A DNA stretch of 64,000 bases from Candidatus Eiseniibacteriota bacterium (GTDB lineage: Bacteria > Eisenbacteria > RBG-16-71-46). Shown here in pieces: positions 61,559-64,000 of the stretch; within the stretch, counting starts at the first letter, position 1; the number at the start of each line of letters is the position of its first letter. The translations under genes were made by a program, and so were the position numbers. The stretch spans positions 2,528,001 to 2,592,000 of the forward strand of contig OY970178.1 of NCBI GenBank assembly GCA_963707915.1, read 5' to 3'. The notes below the pieces were generated by a model, which worked only from the letters and a program-made list of their open reading frames with translations, had not been told where the DNA came from and did not search any database.

Positions 61559-62578
61559 CTACTCGGTCGGCACCGTCTTGAGCAGTTCCCGGATGATGCG
61601 CTCGGGCTTCACGCCCTCGGCCTCGGCGGTGAAGTTGGTGACGATGCGGTGGCGCAGCACGGCGGGCGCGACGGCCTGCACGTCCTCGATGCCCGGGGCG
61701 AAACGGCCGTGCAGCACGGCGCGCGTCTTCGCGCCGAGCACCAGGTACTGCGAGGCCCGCGGGCCCGCGCCCCACGAGACCCACTGGCGCACGAACTCGG
61801 GCGCCTCCGCGCCGCCCTCGGCCAGGGCCCCGCCGCGCGTCGCGCGCGCCAGCCGCACGGCGTAGCGCACCACGTGCTCGCCCGCCGGGACGCGGCGGAT
61901 GAGCTGCTGCAGGGCGAGGATGTCCGCGCCCGACAGCACGCGCTCGAGCTTCGCCTCGTAGGCCGAGGTGGTGGTGGCGACGATGCGCTCCTCCTCGTCG
62001 CGGCCCGGGTAGTCCACCAAGACGTTGAACATGAAGCGGTCGAGCTGCGCCTCGGGCAGCGGGTAGGTGCCCTCGAGCTCGATGGGGTTCTGGGTCGCGA
62101 GCACGAAGAACGGCAGCGCCAGCGGGAAGGTCTGCCCGCTGGTGGTGACCTCCTTCTCCTGCATGGCCTGCAGGAGCGCCGCCTGGGTCTTCGGGGGGGT
62201 TCGGTTGATCTCGTCCGCCAGCACGATGTTCGCGAACACCGGCCCGTGGATGAAGCGGAAGGAGCGCCGCCCGGTGGCGTGGTCCTCCTCGATGATGTCG
62301 GTGCCGGTGATGTCGCTCGGCATGAGGTCGGGGGTGAACTGGATGCGGCTGAACTTGAGGTCCAGCACCCGCGCCAGGCTCGAGATGAGCAGGGTCTTGG
62401 CGAGCCCCGGCACGCCCACCAGCAGCACGTGGCCGTTGGCGAACAGGGCGGTCAGCAGCTGCTCGACCACCAGGTCCTGGCCCACGATGACCTTGTGCAG
62501 CTCGGCGAGGATCTTCTCCCGCGCCGCCTTCAGGCGCTCGACGGCCTGCAGGTCGGAACCGGCAGCTTCGGGGCTCAC
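61559..62578 (-). CDS. moxR: MoxR-family AAA+ ATPase
   Basis: GVPGLAKT, RIQFTPDLMPSD, LADEINRTPPKTQAALL, ATQNPIE, LPEAQLDRF; GAGG then GTG at 62578. Confidence 0.95.
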   Translation of the reverse strand: MSPEAAGSDLQAVERLKAAREKILAELHKVIVGQDLVVEQLLTALFANGHVLLVGVPGLAKTLLISSLARVLDLKFSRIQFTPDLMPSDITGTDIIEEDHATGRRSFRFIHGPVFANIVLADEINRTPPKTQAALLQAMQEKEVTTSGQTFPLALPFFVLATQNPIELEGTYPLPEAQLDRFMFNVLVDYPGRDEEERIVATTTSAYEAKLERVLSGADILALQQLIRRVPAGEHVVRYAVRLARATRGGALAEGGAEAPEFVRQWVSWGAGPRASQYLVLGAKTRAVLHGRFAPGIEDVQAVAPAVLRHRIVTNFTAEAEGVKPERIIRELLKTVPTE

Positions 62579-62723
62579 GCGCACCTCGGGGGTCGGGAAG
62601 ACGGCGGGCGCGCACGCCGCGCGCACCAGGCTCGAATGGAGGCGAAAGCCTAGCACGCGCCGCGAACGGGCGACAATCGCGGGACGACGACCGGACGGAC
62701 GCGCGACCCGCGCGGCGGCGGGC

Positions 62724-64000
62724 CTACTCGATCCGCACCAGCTTGGCGGGTCTCGCCGCGTTCCCGCCGCGCGCGAAGTAGAGCCCGGGGGCGACCGCCT
62801 GCCCGGAGTCGTCGCGGCCGTCCCAGGCGAACGCGCCGCCGCCGTCGAGCACGGCGCTGCGCCGCAGCCGGCCCGAGAGGTCGAAGATGGCGACGCGCGT
62901 CCCGGCCGGCCCCGAGACGCGCAGTGCGGCGCGGAACGGGTTGGGCGCGAAGCGCAGCGGCGCGCCGGGCCCGCCGTTGCAGGCCGTGGCGCGGACCAGG
63001 ATCGGCGCGTCGGCCGAGGCCTGGTCGCGCTGCGTGCCGTGCTCGTCGCGGGCCGTCACGCGCAACGCGCCGCCGCCCGGCCAGGCCCCGCACGGGACGG
63101 TCACGCCCGCCGCCCCGGCCGTCCCCGCCGCGCGCGCGAGCGCCAGCGGCGGCCGCCCGGCCTGAACCAGGTCCACCTCGACCGACGTGACCTCGTCCGG
63201 ATCGCTCGCCGTCCAGCGCACGGTGAGGGTGTCGCCCGGGGCCAGCGTGTCGCCGGGCGCGGGGGCGAGCAGCGTCACCGTGGGCGGGCGGTCCACCCGG
63301 CCCAGGACGGTGAAGCCGAAGCGGGTTTGCGTCGGCGGCAGCGGCACGTAGTCGTCATCGGTGCAGCCGGGACAATCGGTGGCGGGGAGACGGTAGAGGT
63401 AGCCGCGCAGCGTGAACCAGCGCGCCGCGCCCGGCAGCGTGGTGCCGGGCGGGGTCCACTCCACCACCTCGGCCCAGGGCACGAGATACGGCAGGCGCCA
63501 GCCGCCGCGCACCGTGGTCGTGCCGCCCACGCGCGGCCACACGCGCACCGGCCCGAGGAACGAGTCGGGCAGCGCCAGGCGGGCGGTGACCTCCACCAGC
63601 TCCGCGGCGTGGCGCCCGCTCCAGTGGCCGAGCGTGCCGGCGCCACCCTCTTCGACCTGCAGCGTGTCGGCGCCCAGCGGGCGGAAGGACTGGCCCGCCA
63701 CCTCGTCGTGCCAGATGCCGATCCCCGGCCCGACGGCCTCCAGCGCGGCTGCCGCATCGAGCCTTCCCCAACCGGTCATCGCATCCACCCCCGGCGCCCC
63801 GATGTCGTGCGCGCTCTCGCGCAGCACGTGCTTGAAGTCCACGTCGGTGAGCTCGGGCCGCGCGGCGGCGAGCAACCCCACCGCGCCGGTCACGAACGGA
63901 GCGGCGAAGGAGGTCCCGGACGTGGCGACGTAGCCGTGGTAGACCGTGCCGACGGCGTTGGGGTAGGTCATGTACGTGGTCCAGATGTCCAGGCCCGGCG
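62724..64000 (-). CDS. S8 subtilisin-family serine protease, C-terminal part with Ig-like and FlgD-like tail (5' end outside window)
   Basis: PGLDIWTT...SGTSFAAPFVTG catalytic Ser motif; GWGRLDA; C-terminal FAPNPF...IFDLSGR...WDGRDDSGQAVAPGLYF. Confidence 0.88.
   Translation of the reverse strand, partial: PGLDIWTTYMTYPNAVGTVYHGYVATSGTSFAAPFVTGAVGLLAAARPELTDVDFKHVLRESAHDIGAPGVDAMTGWGRLDAAAALEAVGPGIGIWHDEVAGQSFRPLGADTLQVEEGGAGTLGHWSGRHAAELVEVTARLALPDSFLGPVRVWPRVGGTTTVRGGWRLPYLVPWAEVVEWTPPGTTLPGAARWFTLRGYLYRLPATDCPGCTDDDYVPLPPTQTRFGFTVLGRVDRPPTVTLLAPAPGDTLAPGDTLTVRWTASDPDEVTSVEVDLVQAGRPPLALARAAGTAGAAGVTVPCGAWPGGGALRVTARDEHGTQRDQASADAPILVRATACNGGPGAPLRFAPNPFRAALRVSGPAGTRVAIFDLSGRLRRSAVLDGGGAFAWDGRDDSGQAVAPGLYFARGGNAARPAKLVRIE

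Overview
Very GC-rich bacterial chromosome segment spanning the replication origin. It opens with dnaA-oriC-dnaN-dciA(DUF721)-gyrB-[outer-membrane protein]-gyrA (minus strand; gyrA runs off the left edge). Housekeeping and envelope genes follow: thiL, ogt, two OmpA/TSP3-repeat proteins, AsmA, rsmA, tatD, metG, ricT, holB, envC-ftsX-ftsE, two parvulin PPIases, mfd, a MoxR/DUF58/BatA operon and a partial S8 protease. Beta-barrel proteins, AsmA, OmpA and FlgD/T9SS-CTD-like tails indicate a diderm, possibly FCB-related such as Ca. Eisenbacteria (inference). I recognised no rRNA, tRNA, CRISPR array, transposase or integrase. Main leads: (1) several full-length ORFs whose catalytic motifs appear lost (XRE-S24 repressor, glycogen-debranching-like protein, C25 gingipain-like protein, FtsE); (2) two uncharacterised signalling modules, a secreted twin-CxxC protein with an OmpR-type two-component pair and phased TGACA boxes, and a PDZ/multi-TM LytS-LytTR pair lying between periplasmic chaperone genes; (3) nine genes with a leaderless-type -10/start arrangement; (4) DnaA boxes on both sides of dnaA with a DnaA-trio-like element; (5) a GyrA lacking both quinolone-bridging residues. 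All family assignments come from motif recognition by eye, not database searches.
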